64,000 nucleotides of DNA, from assembly GCF_050402865.1 (NCBI RefSeq), contig NZ_BAABMF010000007.1, forward strand, positions 8,141 to 72,140, in the 5' to 3' direction. A program made the translations under genes and the position numbers. The notes beneath the pieces were generated by a model. That model did not search any database. It saw nothing but the letters and a program-made list of their open reading frames with translations, and was not told the origin of the DNA. This DNA is from Clostridium sediminicola (GTDB taxonomy: Bacteria > Bacillota > Clostridia > Clostridiales > Clostridiaceae). Positions 1 to 9,263 of this stretch are shown here, piece after piece (position 1 is the stretch's first letter; each line of letters starts with the position of its first letter).

Positions 1-316
1 ACCTACAGGACAAACAATACTGCATGCACCACACCCTTCACATTTATAAGAATTTATAACAAAATCTTGTATAGCATTGAATCTACATACTTCTACACAT
101 TTTCCACATTCAATACATATATCCGAATTTATTTTAGCTGAGTTGCCTGTTACAAAATCTGCTTTACTAATATCTTCACCTTTGTACATGAGATATAAAT
201 TTGGTGCATCCACATCACAGTCAGCTTTTATAACATTATGAGCTAATTCTGATAAAGCTACAGCTATAGTAGTTTTTCCAGTTCCTCCTTTTCCACTGAT
301 GACAACTAACTCCATG
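1..316 (-). CDS. MinD/ParA-family P-loop ATPase with 4Fe-4S ferredoxin domains (partial; C-terminal end lies outside the window)
   Basis: The minus-strand reading from the ATG at 316 gives MELVVISGKGGTGKTTIAVALSEL...CIECGKC...CEGCGACSIVCPVG. This carries a deviant Walker A (GKGGTGKTT) and two Cx2Cx2Cx3C ferredoxin motifs. It is a paralog of the upstream gene and overlaps it by 11 nt. Confidence 0.6.
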
Positions 317-1136
317 GAATCACCACCTTTATTTCATTTGCTATGTTCTTAAAATACTTTCTATATTTAAAATTATCAGCTAACATTTCACCTTTTGAAT
401 AACATCTAGCAATATCTTTTGAATATGGAATAGCACCTAAAACTTTTATATCTTCTTTTTTACAATAATTTCTTATTATATTATTTTCATCAACTTCTTT
501 ATTAATAACTACTCCAAATGGAATATTCATTTTTCTACATAAAGAAACTGCTAAATTTAAATCATGTAAAGCAAATTCAGTAGTTTCTGTAACAAGTACA
601 GCCATTTGAGATCTATATAAAATGTTAACTGCATTACATGAAGTTCCAGGTGAACTATCTAATATGTTAATACCTTTATTCACAGTCTCTAAAAGTTTTT
701 CAATTACTGGAACAGCCATTGGCTCACCAATATCTAAAAGACCTCTTTTACATAAAGTTTCTCCTGAGAATCCACTTTCAATAATTCCAGTTTTTCTTTT
801 TTCAAAATTAATAGCATCACTTGGGCAAACAACTTCACAAACACCACAACCATGACATAATTTATCAAATAAAATAACGTCTTTTTTAGTCATAGCCAAA
901 GCATTAAATTTACATGCTTTAGCACATTCACCACATTTAATGCATTTTTCTTTATCAATATCAGGGTATATCACTTCTACATCTTCTCTATGGTTTACTT
1001 CAGGCTTTAAAAATATAAAACCATTTGGTTCCTCCACATCACAATCTACATATGTAGCTTCTAAAAGTTTTGCAAGATTTGTAGAAACTGTAGTTTTCCC
1101 TGTCCCCCCTTTTCCACTTAAAACAGCTATATTCAA
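306..1136 (-). CDS. MinD/ParA-family ATPase with two 4Fe-4S ferredoxin motifs (Mrp/NBP35-like Fe-S carrier type)
   Basis: N-terminal SGKGGTGKTT Walker A. CIKCGECAKAC and CHGCGVCEVVCP are ferredoxin-type cysteine motifs. Length is 276 aa. Confidence 0.8.
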   Translation of the reverse strand: MNIAVLSGKGGTGKTTVSTNLAKLLEATYVDCDVEEPNGFIFLKPEVNHREDVEVIYPDIDKEKCIKCGECAKACKFNALAMTKKDVILFDKLCHGCGVCEVVCPSDAINFEKRKTGIIESGFSGETLCKRGLLDIGEPMAVPVIEKLLETVNKGINILDSSPGTSCNAVNILYRSQMAVLVTETTEFALHDLNLAVSLCRKMNIPFGVVINKEVDENNIIRNYCKKEDIKVLGAIPYSKDIARCYSKGEMLADNFKYRKYFKNIANEIKVVIPWS

Positions 1137-1153
1137 TTCGACACGCTCCCTTT

Positions 1154-1519
1154 CTATTTAGCCATACCTCTATGAGCAGGTCCTGGAGTACTTATCTCTT
1201 TTAAATCCCCATTTAAGTAAGCTTCGATAGCTTTTTCTACTGGTTGTTCATCGCATGAAAAGATTTTAACATCTGAACCATCTAATATTTTGTAAGCATT
1301 AGGACCAGCAAAACCAGTAATTACTATTTCAACTCCATGATCAACAGCTTGTTGTGCTGCACTAATTCCAGCTCCTTGAGTGGCAGTCACACCTGAATTT
1401 TCTTCTACTAAATATTCTCCTGTTTCAGAATTATAGATTTGAAAATATGAACATCTCCCAAATCTTGAGTCTACGTTTGAATTTTTTTCTTTTCCGAATG
1501 ATGATACTAATATTTTCAT
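1154..1519 (-). CDS. NifB/NifX-family (dinitrogenase FeMo-cofactor-binding domain) small protein
   Basis: 121 aa with the typical NifX/NafY-domain pattern (MKILVSS...SRFGRC.YF.IY....GV.ATQGAGI.AAQ...GV..VITG..GPNA...L). It is co-oriented and tightly spaced with the two MinD-ferredoxin ATPase genes. Confidence 0.75.
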   Translation of the reverse strand: MKILVSSFGKEKNSNVDSRFGRCSYFQIYNSETGEYLVEENSGVTATQGAGISAAQQAVDHGVEIVITGFAGPNAYKILDGSDVKIFSCDEQPVEKAIEAYLNGDLKEISTPGPAHRGMAK

Positions 1520-1836
1520 AATTTAACACTCCTTATTATTGTTGTTGGCATATGCTATATTTATTATATACCATGTTTTTGTTTTTGGCAAATGCTAATT
1601 ATCTTTTTTGTTAATTATTTTTTCTTGTTGTATATGAATTTATATATTTTTTCAGGAATTCCATACTTATCAAATGCAGTTATTTCAAGACATTACAGTA
1701 TTATGTAAAATTTTTGAACTAATTTATAAATTCCATCCTTTAGTGAGTAGAAGAAGCATATATTTAAGAAAATGAATTAGAATTTCTTAGTGAAGTGGAG
1801 TGTCTTTGTAGCTATATATGCATTTGTACATTGAAA

Positions 1837-1858
1837 TTTATCAATCATGATTGATAAA
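1837..1858. promoter_or_regulatory. Perfect 22-bp palindrome TTTATCAATCA|TGATTGATAAA in the divergent intergenic region (candidate operator)
   Basis: Read directly from the sequence. It lies about 70 nt upstream of the MBL hydrolase gene at 1927 and about 320 nt upstream of the nifX-like gene on the other strand. Confidence 0.4.
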
Positions 1859-1926
1859 ACTCATATGTTGTGTTAATATATGACATAAATTAGTACACTG
1901 TAAACTGAAACAAAGGGGATTATTCT

Positions 1927-2823
1927 ATGGAAATGAAATTCGAAAAAATTAATGGATCCACTCATTTAATAAAAGGAAATACAAATATTGGGGTTTATAT
2001 TTTCAAAAACAAATTTGCCTTATTAGTTGATTCTGGTATAGGTGTTACTCACGGAAAAAAAATAGATGGAGTTCTAAAGGAAAAAAATCTTCATCCTAAG
2101 TATATTATCAATACTCATAGTCATGAAGATCATTGCGGTGGTAATCCTTATTTTAGAAAGAACTACCCTGGTACTTTAGTTTATACTTCTGAAAAAGAGA
2201 AACTCTACATGGAAAATAAAGAGATAAGATCTTTTATAATATGTAATTCAGCACCACTAAAAAGATTTAATAAAGATAGAAAACCTCACAATGTTGATTT
2301 TGTATTAGATTATGGTATAAATAAAATCAATGACGAAAAATTTGAAATAATATCTTTAAAAGGGCACTCACATGAACAAATCGGTATAATTACACCAGAT
2401 AAGGTTTGCTTTTTAGGTGATTGTATCTTTAGTGAAAAGATACTAGAGAAATACTCTTTTCCATATCTGTTTAATATTGAAGATAGCATAAATACCCTAA
2501 AATCTTTAGAAGAAATCGATGCAGATTTCTTTGTTATCGCCCATTCTGATATGGTTATTAATAAAGAAGAACTTAAATCTCTAGTAGAGAAAAATTTAGA
2601 AAACATTTATAATTATATTGATCAAATCTACGACTTATTAGACCAACCATTAACAAAAGAAGATGTACTTGAAAATATAATCGTTTTAAATGAACTGAAG
2701 CTTTCAAAGTTTGATTACTTTTTAAATCTCACATCAGCTTCAGCATTCTTATCATACTTATACAATAACGATAAAATTGACATTTCTTTGGAAGATGGTA
2801 AAATGTACTACTTTAAAAAATAG
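1927..2823 (+). CDS. MBL-fold metallo-hydrolase (metallo-beta-lactamase superfamily), paralog 1
   Basis: HSHEDHCGG matches the HxHxDH metal-binding motif, with downstream His/Asp ligands. An RBS-like AAAGGGG precedes the ATG. Confidence 0.75.
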   Translation: MEMKFEKINGSTHLIKGNTNIGVYIFKNKFALLVDSGIGVTHGKKIDGVLKEKNLHPKYIINTHSHEDHCGGNPYFRKNYPGTLVYTSEKEKLYMENKEIRSFIICNSAPLKRFNKDRKPHNVDFVLDYGINKINDEKFEIISLKGHSHEQIGIITPDKVCFLGDCIFSEKILEKYSFPYLFNIEDSINTLKSLEEIDADFFVIAHSDMVINKEELKSLVEKNLENIYNYIDQIYDLLDQPLTKEDVLENIIVLNELKLSKFDYFLNLTSASAFLSYLYNNDKIDISLEDGKMYYFKK

Positions 2824-2905
2824 GTTACAGTTAACAGTTTACAGTGAAGGATATCATCCTCAACTGTGCACTATACATAATAAATAAAGGAGAATAACAA
2901 AAGAA

Positions 2906-3817
2906 ATGAAATTAGAAAAAATAAACAAAGCCTCGCATATTATTAAATCAAAGACAAATACTGGTGTTTACGTATTTAAAGATAAATCTGCTCTATTAAT
3001 TGACACCGGGTATGATGAAGCAAATGAAGAGCAAATTAATAATATTCTAAAAGAAAATAATTTGGCACTTAAGCATATAATATCTACACATGCTCATGCT
3101 GACCACGAAGCAGGAAACGAGTATTTTAGAAAGCGATATCCAGAGTTATTAATATATACTTCAAAGATAGAAAAAGCTTTTATAGAAAATAAAGATCTTC
3201 TTAGTTATGCATTATTTAATTCTGCACCACCTAGAGAGATTTTTAAAGATTATGAATCAGATGTTGTTGATAGTGTTTTAGACATAGGAATAAATGTAAT
3301 AAACAACGAAGAGTTTAATATTATTTCACTAAAAGGTCATTCCCCTGGTCAAATAGGGGTAGTAACTCCAGATAGAGTTTGTTACCTTGCAGATGGTTTG
3401 TATAGCAAAAAAGTATTGGATACATATTTCTTTCCATATACTATTGATATAGCACAGAGTATTGAAACTCTTCACTCTATAAATAATATTGATGCTGATT
3501 ATTTTGTTCTTTCACATTCAAAAAATATTATACCCAAAGATGAGATCCCATCAGTGGTTGAAAAGAATTTAGAACATATAGACAGATTTTTAGATATAAT
3601 TTACAACTTTTTGGACCAGCCACTTACTAAAGAGCAAGTTACACAAAAAATAATAATTCCTAACCATCGTCCATTTGGTAGTAAGGATAATCCATTTAGT
3701 AATAGGCATTATTTTGTAATTTTCCTCACTGTTTCAGCCTACTTATCTTATTTGTATAACACTGATAAGATTGATATTTATTTAGAGAATGGAATGATGT
3801 ACTACAAACAAAGATAA
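2906..3817 (+). CDS. MBL-fold metallo-hydrolase, paralog 2 (tandem duplicate of 1927..2823)
   Basis: HAHADHEAGN motif. Collinear similarity with the preceding ORF along the whole length (LKGHS.GQIG..TPD.VC.L.D, ...SYLYN.DKIDI.LE.G.MYY). RBS AAGGAG. Confidence 0.75.
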   Translation: MKLEKINKASHIIKSKTNTGVYVFKDKSALLIDTGYDEANEEQINNILKENNLALKHIISTHAHADHEAGNEYFRKRYPELLIYTSKIEKAFIENKDLLSYALFNSAPPREIFKDYESDVVDSVLDIGINVINNEEFNIISLKGHSPGQIGVVTPDRVCYLADGLYSKKVLDTYFFPYTIDIAQSIETLHSINNIDADYFVLSHSKNIIPKDEIPSVVEKNLEHIDRFLDIIYNFLDQPLTKEQVTQKIIIPNHRPFGSKDNPFSNRHYFVIFLTVSAYLSYLYNTDKIDIYLENGMMYYKQR

Positions 3818-3906
3818 TTCACAGTGCACAATTCACAATTATGCTGGATTGTGCATTATATATATCATCCAAGAAGTTCATCTATATATACGAAAGGAGA
3901 TATAAT

Positions 3907-4578
3907 ATGAAACGAATAATCAGGCTATTTCTAGTACTTTTATTAACTTTTTCTTTTTCAGCCTGTAGTTCTTCTACGGTAATAGATAACCAGCAAAATT
4001 TAAAAGCAACAAGTAATTCAGTATCAGAAACACCAGAAGAAGAATCTTTTAAGTATAATCCATATTGTTTGCCAGAAAACGGAAAAGAATATCTTGGAGA
4101 TCATTTAAAAGATTTTAATTCTGTTATTACCGCTCTTTTAAATGGTGATACTCAAGTTATACTTGAAACTATTGATTCAAAGAAAGAATTTGAAACTCTT
4201 CGTCGTGCTGTTACCATTTTTTATATTCCTAAAAATTCGTTATATGATTATAGGTATTATGACGGAAATGGACCTTTTTCCTTTGATGAAAAGACTAAAA
4301 CTTTGACAATAGGCTATAGTTATTCAAAAGAAAATCACATAAAAGCAAATGAAGAATTTGCGCAGATTATAGAACAAATTTTCAATGATAATGTAACGGA
4401 TATAAATAATAAATTCCAAACAGCAAAAGAACTTTATTTATATGTTGTAAATAACACTGAATATGTACTAGACCCAGCAAACTTAGATACCTATGAGGCA
4501 TTTACATTACACAAAGCTTACTGCCAGACTTATTCTAAATGGAATAAATTATTTAAGACCATTCAATTCACTGATTAA
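3907..4578 (+). CDS. hypothetical lipoprotein
   Basis: MKRIIRLFLVLLLTFSFSACSS is a signal peptide with a lipobox (FSAC), and GGAGAT precedes the ATG at 3907. The ORF-track start at 3841 is judged an artefactual extension. Confidence 0.55.
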   Translation: MKRIIRLFLVLLLTFSFSACSSSTVIDNQQNLKATSNSVSETPEEESFKYNPYCLPENGKEYLGDHLKDFNSVITALLNGDTQVILETIDSKKEFETLRRAVTIFYIPKNSLYDYRYYDGNGPFSFDEKTKTLTIGYSYSKENHIKANEEFAQIIEQIFNDNVTDINNKFQTAKELYLYVVNNTEYVLDPANLDTYEAFTLHKAYCQTYSKWNKLFKTIQFTD

Positions 4579-4680
4579 ACATAATAAAAGTTTCCTATGC
4601 ACTAGCGATAAATATAATGACTATTGGAAACAATCAACAAAGTAAGACAACCCTTACAATTAAAGCTCGCCGAAAAATCA

Positions 4681-4706
4681 AAAGCTTTCGCATTAGCGAA
4701 AGCTTT
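4681..4706. terminator. Hairpin AAAGCTTTCGC-atta-GCGAAAGCTTT followed by a U-run on the minus strand; probable hydF terminator
   Basis: Perfect 11-bp inverted repeat. On the minus strand it is followed by TGATTTTTCGG. Confidence 0.55.
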
Positions 4707-4750
4707 CCTTTACTGTAAACTGAGCACTGTCAACTGTAAACTGTCATAAT

Positions 4751-5986
4751 CTATTCTTCTTCCCAGACCATCCGAGCTAGTGGAAATGGTTTAAGTGCTC
4801 TATCAAGTATCCCATGTACATAAGCAATTAAAACACCATAATTAACAATAGGTACCCCAATTTCTTCTGCTTGGCCTATTCTATGCATCATTCCAGTTCT
4901 ATTAAGCATGCATCCTGCACAGTGAACAATTAATGCATATTCATCTATATTTTCAGGGAAAGACATACCACTTGTGTATTCAAATTCTATTTGCTTACCT
5001 GTTATTTGTCTTATCCATCTAGGAATCTTAACACTACCAATATCATCTGACTGTCTATGGTGAGTACAACCTTCAGATACAAGAATTTTATCTCCATCCT
5101 TTAATTTTGCAATAGCTTTCGCACCTCTAACTAGTTCAGGTAAATCACCTTTGTTTCTCGCAAGCAAAATTGAGAATGAAGTCATCAAGATATCCTTTGG
5201 AGTATCAGCCGATACCTTTAAAAAGGCTTGTGAATCAGTAATTACCATTTTAGGTTTTTTACCTAGATTCTCTAAAGTTTCTCTAAGCTCAAATTCCTTA
5301 GTTACAACAGCCATTGCATCACTTTCTAATATATCTCTTATAGTCTGTTGTTGTGGAAGAATTAGTCTTCCCTTTGGAGCTGCTTTATCAATTGGAGTAA
5401 CAAGCACTACAAAGTCTCCAGGAGAAATCAAATCTCCTACTATTTTAAATTTATCTTCTTCTTCTGGAACTGATTTAGCCAAAGCTTCTTTTAATTCATT
5501 TATCCCTTTTTTAGAATTTGCACTAGTTGCAATAACTTTGCATTTAAGTTTTTTCTGCAATTCTTTAATTTCATTCTTTGTGATTTCAGTTAGATCTATT
5601 TTGTTTAAAACCACAATAACTGGAACTTTCTTAGCTTTTATCTGCTCTAATATATCCACATCATAATCAGTTACCCCAATAGTTCCATCCATTATTAGTA
5701 AAGCTATATCGGTTTTATTAAGTACTTCTATTGTTTTCTTCTTTCTTAATTCTCCTAGCTCACTAATATCATCAAGTCCCGCTGTATCTATTAATACGAC
5801 TGGCCCTAAAGGCAATAATTCCATTGATTTATATACAGGGTCTGTAGTAGTCCCTTTAACATCTGATACTAAGGCTAATTCTTGACCCGTTACAGCATTT
5901 ATAATACTTGATTTACCTGCATTAGTTTTTCCGAATAAAGCAATATGCACTCTATTTGCACGAGGTGTTCCATTCAATCCACTCAT
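4751..5986 (-). CDS. hydF: [FeFe]-hydrogenase H-cluster maturation GTPase HydF
   Basis: N-terminal GTPase G1-G4 motifs (GKTNAGKSS, DTAG, NKID). The C-terminal cluster-binding motifs CTHH...HCAGC match the conserved CxHx(n)HCxxC of HydF. Length is 411 aa. Confidence 0.8.
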   Translation of the reverse strand: MSGLNGTPRANRVHIALFGKTNAGKSSIINAVTGQELALVSDVKGTTTDPVYKSMELLPLGPVVLIDTAGLDDISELGELRKKKTIEVLNKTDIALLIMDGTIGVTDYDVDILEQIKAKKVPVIVVLNKIDLTEITKNEIKELQKKLKCKVIATSANSKKGINELKEALAKSVPEEEDKFKIVGDLISPGDFVVLVTPIDKAAPKGRLILPQQQTIRDILESDAMAVVTKEFELRETLENLGKKPKMVITDSQAFLKVSADTPKDILMTSFSILLARNKGDLPELVRGAKAIAKLKDGDKILVSEGCTHHRQSDDIGSVKIPRWIRQITGKQIEFEYTSGMSFPENIDEYALIVHCAGCMLNRTGMMHRIGQAEEIGVPIVNYGVLIAYVHGILDRALKPFPLARMVWEEE

Positions 5987-7411
5987 TTAATTTCCTCCCT
6001 TTTTCCCTGGTGTTCCAGCACTAGTAACTCCATACGGATTTAAGATATTTTCTAGTTCTTCTTTTGAAAACAATTCCTCATCTTCTAAAGCTTTCTTAAT
6101 AGTTTTTCCTTCTTTCATAGCTTTTTTAGCTATTTCCGCTGCTTTGTCATATCCAATATAATTAACAACTGCTGTGATTAATGAAGTAGAGTTTTGTAAA
6201 TTTTCATTACACTTCTCCACATCTACAGAAATATTATTAATACATTTATCTTTAAATTTATTTACCACACTATCCATAAGTTCTAGTGATTCCAATAAAC
6301 AGTGAGATATTAATGGTCCAAAAGCATTCAATTGTAGTTGCCCACTATAAGCAGCTGTTGTAATAGCACTATCATTAGCGATAATCTTCATGGAAACTTG
6401 AGCAACCATTTCAGGAATAACTGGATTAACTTTACCTGGCATTATAGATGAACCTGCTTGAACTGAAGGTAAAATTATTTCACCAATACCACCTTTAGGC
6501 CCTGAGTTCAATAATCTTAAATCATTTGAAATCTTCATAAAATTTACTGCCGCAGATTTCAATAATCCTGACACTTCCACAAATACGTCCATATTTTGAG
6601 TAGTATCTATAGGATAATCACTTCTAGCCATTCCAAGCCCTGTCAGCGACTGAATATAATCTGTTACAATATAAATATATTTTTGAGAAGCATTGATACC
6701 AGTACCAACTGCAGTCCCTCCAATATTCATCTCTCTAAGTCTTTCTTCAACTTTATATATTCTCCACCTATCTCTAGCTATTGCCTTTGCATATGCTCCA
6801 AATTCCTGTCCAACCATTATAGGAACTGCATCCATTAACTGAGTTCTACCTAGCTTAATAATATCCGCAAATTCATTTTCCTTTTCCTGAAGAGTTTCTT
6901 GCAACGCTGCAAAACTTTTACTCAACTTTCTTATTAATTTAATAGCTGCTATTCTAAGTGAAGTAGGATAAACATCGTTTGTAGACTGACTTAAATTAAC
7001 ATGCCCAATGGGATGAATAATATCATATCTACCCTTTTCTTCTCCTATTATTTCAAGAGCAATGTTAGCTACAACTTCATTAACATTCATATTAGTAGAA
7101 GTTCCTGCTCCCCCTTGATATGGATTAACCCTAAACTCATCATCAAAATGTCCATCCAAGATTTTATCACATGCCTCTACAATAGCGTCTGCAATCTTAC
7201 TATCCATTTCCTTTAATCTTTTATGAGCCATAGCTGCTGCTTTTTTCACCGTAACCATTGCATATATTAAATTTAAATTTACTGTACTCTTATCTATACT
7301 AAAATTTTCTAGTGCCCTTGCAGTATGAATACCATAATATACACTAGAATGAATTCTAAGCTTCCCAAGGGAATCTTTTTCAATTCTATAATTTCCCGAT
7401 AATTCTCCCAT
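5987..7411 (-). CDS. aspA: aspartate ammonia-lyase (aspartase), fumarase/aspartase family
   Basis: GSSIMPGKVNPV family signature. The N-terminal region is collinear with E. coli AspA (VKKAAAMA.K.L; YQGGAGTS.NMN.NEV.ANI.LE). The stop codon abuts the hydF ATG. Confidence 0.85.
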   Translation of the reverse strand: MGELSGNYRIEKDSLGKLRIHSSVYYGIHTARALENFSIDKSTVNLNLIYAMVTVKKAAAMAHKRLKEMDSKIADAIVEACDKILDGHFDDEFRVNPYQGGAGTSTNMNVNEVVANIALEIIGEEKGRYDIIHPIGHVNLSQSTNDVYPTSLRIAAIKLIRKLSKSFAALQETLQEKENEFADIIKLGRTQLMDAVPIMVGQEFGAYAKAIARDRWRIYKVEERLREMNIGGTAVGTGINASQKYIYIVTDYIQSLTGLGMARSDYPIDTTQNMDVFVEVSGLLKSAAVNFMKISNDLRLLNSGPKGGIGEIILPSVQAGSSIMPGKVNPVIPEMVAQVSMKIIANDSAITTAAYSGQLQLNAFGPLISHCLLESLELMDSVVNKFKDKCINNISVDVEKCNENLQNSTSLITAVVNYIGYDKAAEIAKKAMKEGKTIKKALEDEELFSKEELENILNPYGVTSAGTPGKKGGN

Positions 7412-7510
7412 ACTTCTTCCTCCGTGAAATCAGCTAAATTTTATACTTCTTTTGCTAATTATAATTTTAACAAATAAGTAGCCCTTCTTCAATCAGATAA
7501 TTTAAGCATA

Positions 7511-7540
7511 AAAAAAAGAGCTGTAATTCGCTCTATTTTA
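7511..7540. terminator. Short hairpin flanked by A and T runs (AAAAGAGC-tgtaattc-GCTCTaTTTT), bidirectional terminator-like
   Basis: Read directly from the sequence. It lies between the araD-like gene end and the aspA start. Confidence 0.4.
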
Positions 7541-7541
7541 A

Positions 7542-8234
7542 TTAGTATTTCTGACCATAATAAGCATCAACGCCATGTTTTCTTAAAAAATGTTTATCTA
7601 ACATATAGTTTTCTATTTCTGTTTGTTCTTTATTTAAAGTTAAAGTCCTATATGCCATTTTTGCAACTTCTTCCATAACTACAGCATTATGGACAGCTAC
7701 CATCGGATTTTTCCCCCATGCAAATGGTCCATGGTTATAAACTATAACCCCCGGAACTGCAACAGCATCCATTCCACTAAATCTTTCAACTATTACATTT
7801 CCAGTCTCTAATTCATATTCATTTTCAACTTCTTCTTTTGTCATTTTTCGAGTACAAGGTATTGTTCCATAAAAATAGTCGGCATGTGTGGTACCAAAAC
7901 AAGGTATTTCCTTTCCTGCTTGTGCCCAACTTGTAACCCAAGGAGAGTGAGTATGTACAACTCCACCCAGTTCTGGGAAAGCTTTGTATAAAACAAGATG
8001 AGTTGGCGTGTCCGATGAGGGGTTCAGTTCACCTTCCACAACATTTCCTTCTAAATCTATAACTACCATATCGCTAGCTATCATATTATCATAAGAAACT
8101 CCACTTGGTTTAATTACAACCAATCCCTCTTCTCTATCAATCCCACTCACATTACCCCAAGTGTAAGTAATTAAACCTCTCTTTGGTAGTTCAAGATTTG
8201 CCTTTAGTACCTTTTCTTTTAATCCCTCTAACAT
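7542..8234 (-). CDS. L-ribulose-5-phosphate 4-epimerase (AraD/SgbE/UlaF class II aldolase family)
   Basis: Collinear with AraD: ...[28 protein letters not shown]...HTHS. Length is 230 aa. Confidence 0.85.
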   Translation of the reverse strand: MLEGLKEKVLKANLELPKRGLITYTWGNVSGIDREEGLVVIKPSGVSYDNMIASDMVVIDLEGNVVEGELNPSSDTPTHLVLYKAFPELGGVVHTHSPWVTSWAQAGKEIPCFGTTHADYFYGTIPCTRKMTKEEVENEYELETGNVIVERFSGMDAVAVPGVIVYNHGPFAWGKNPMVAVHNAVVMEEVAKMAYRTLTLNKEQTEIENYMLDKHFLRKHGVDAYYGQKY

Positions 8235-8405
8235 GAGTTCCCTCCCTTTTAGTCTTAATTTACTTTTAAATTACACTATAAGATGAAACCGTCTCACACG
8301 TAAAGTAGCACATCCTACAGACCTTTAGGCCCCAACATAAATTTATCCCCTCCATTATAAAAAATTTGTGAGTGCAAATTGAATTTATAATGTTATGGAA
8401 AATAT

Positions 8406-9248
8406 TTAGTCAAATTTTGATCTTAAAAAATTACATGCAAATTCTAATTCTTTTTTCCAATCAGAGTTTTCTTTATACCAAAACTCTCCTGTAAACATAT
8501 TAACACCTGATTTTCTTAACTCTTTTATAACCCTTTCAAATTCAACATGACCAGTGCCAAATGGAACTTCTCTAAATATACCTGGGATAGTTTCTTTCAA
8601 ATGTACAGCTACAACTTTTCCTATTCCTTTAGATATATCATCTATAACATTAGTGTTATACATCTTTGATGCGTTTGTGATATTACCTATATCTGGATAA
8701 ACATTCAAATACGGTGAATTAATCTTTTCCACATATCTCATAGCTTTTTCAACAGTATTCATGAATTCCGTTTCCATTGTTTCAAAACCTAGAAGAACTC
8801 CTTTTTTTGCTGCATATTCTACACTTTCTTTTAAATTCATACCGAAACGTTCTATTGTTTCAGGTGAAGATTCTTCATAATAGACATCATACCCTGCTAT
8901 TTGAATTATTCTAATCCCTATATCACTTGCAAAATCAATAGCTTTTCTCATTATTTCCATACCCTTATTGACTGTTGATTCAAAATTACTCCCTAATGGA
9001 TATTTTCTATGTCCACTTAAGCACATTGTTTTTATAGGCATTTCCATTTTATACATTGCATCTACTAATTCTTTTTTATCATCATAACTCCAATAAAGTC
9101 TTTCTAGTTTCTCATCAGTTTCATCAATACTAATTTCCATAAAATCAAAACCCGCAGATTTTCCTGCTTTTAATTTTTCTTCTAACGAAAGATAATTTGG
9201 CATTGATTTCTCATATACACCCAATAGATATGTCATAAAAACCTCCAT
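8406..9248 (-). CDS. L-ribulose-5-phosphate 3-epimerase-like sugar-phosphate isomerase/epimerase (UlaE/SgbU type, xylose-isomerase-like TIM barrel)
   Basis: LGVYEKS...EEKL..AK..GFDF.E.SIDE motif arrangement as in UlaE. The true start is possibly the internal Met at 9236. Confidence 0.7.
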   Translation of the reverse strand: MEVFMTYLLGVYEKSMPNYLSLEEKLKAGKSAGFDFMEISIDETDEKLERLYWSYDDKKELVDAMYKMEMPIKTMCLSGHRKYPLGSNFESTVNKGMEIMRKAIDFASDIGIRIIQIAGYDVYYEESSPETIERFGMNLKESVEYAAKKGVLLGFETMETEFMNTVEKAMRYVEKINSPYLNVYPDIGNITNASKMYNTNVIDDISKGIGKVVAVHLKETIPGIFREVPFGTGHVEFERVIKELRKSGVNMFTGEFWYKENSDWKKELEFACNFLRSKFD

Positions 9249-9263
9249 TAAATTAACAAGTCT

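Noticed and set aside
3841-3906. N-terminal extension of the lipoprotein ORF (MLDCALYISSKKFIYIYERRYN...).
   Set aside because: A proper signal peptide with lipobox begins at the internal Met at 3907, which has its own Shine-Dalgarno. The extension overlaps a family-A repeat.
5151-5666. Long opposite-strand ORFs nested inside well-supported genes. Examples are 5151..5666 in hydF, 14915..15514 in the permease and ATPase, 57080..57652 in purD, 58036..58575 in purH, 31778..32092 in flotillin and 12682..13038 in the kinase.
   Set aside because: They lie antisense to genes with clear family signatures, have low-complexity or Ser/Leu/Phe-rich translations typical of AT-rich antisense frames, and lack ribosome-binding sites. 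They are judged spurious.
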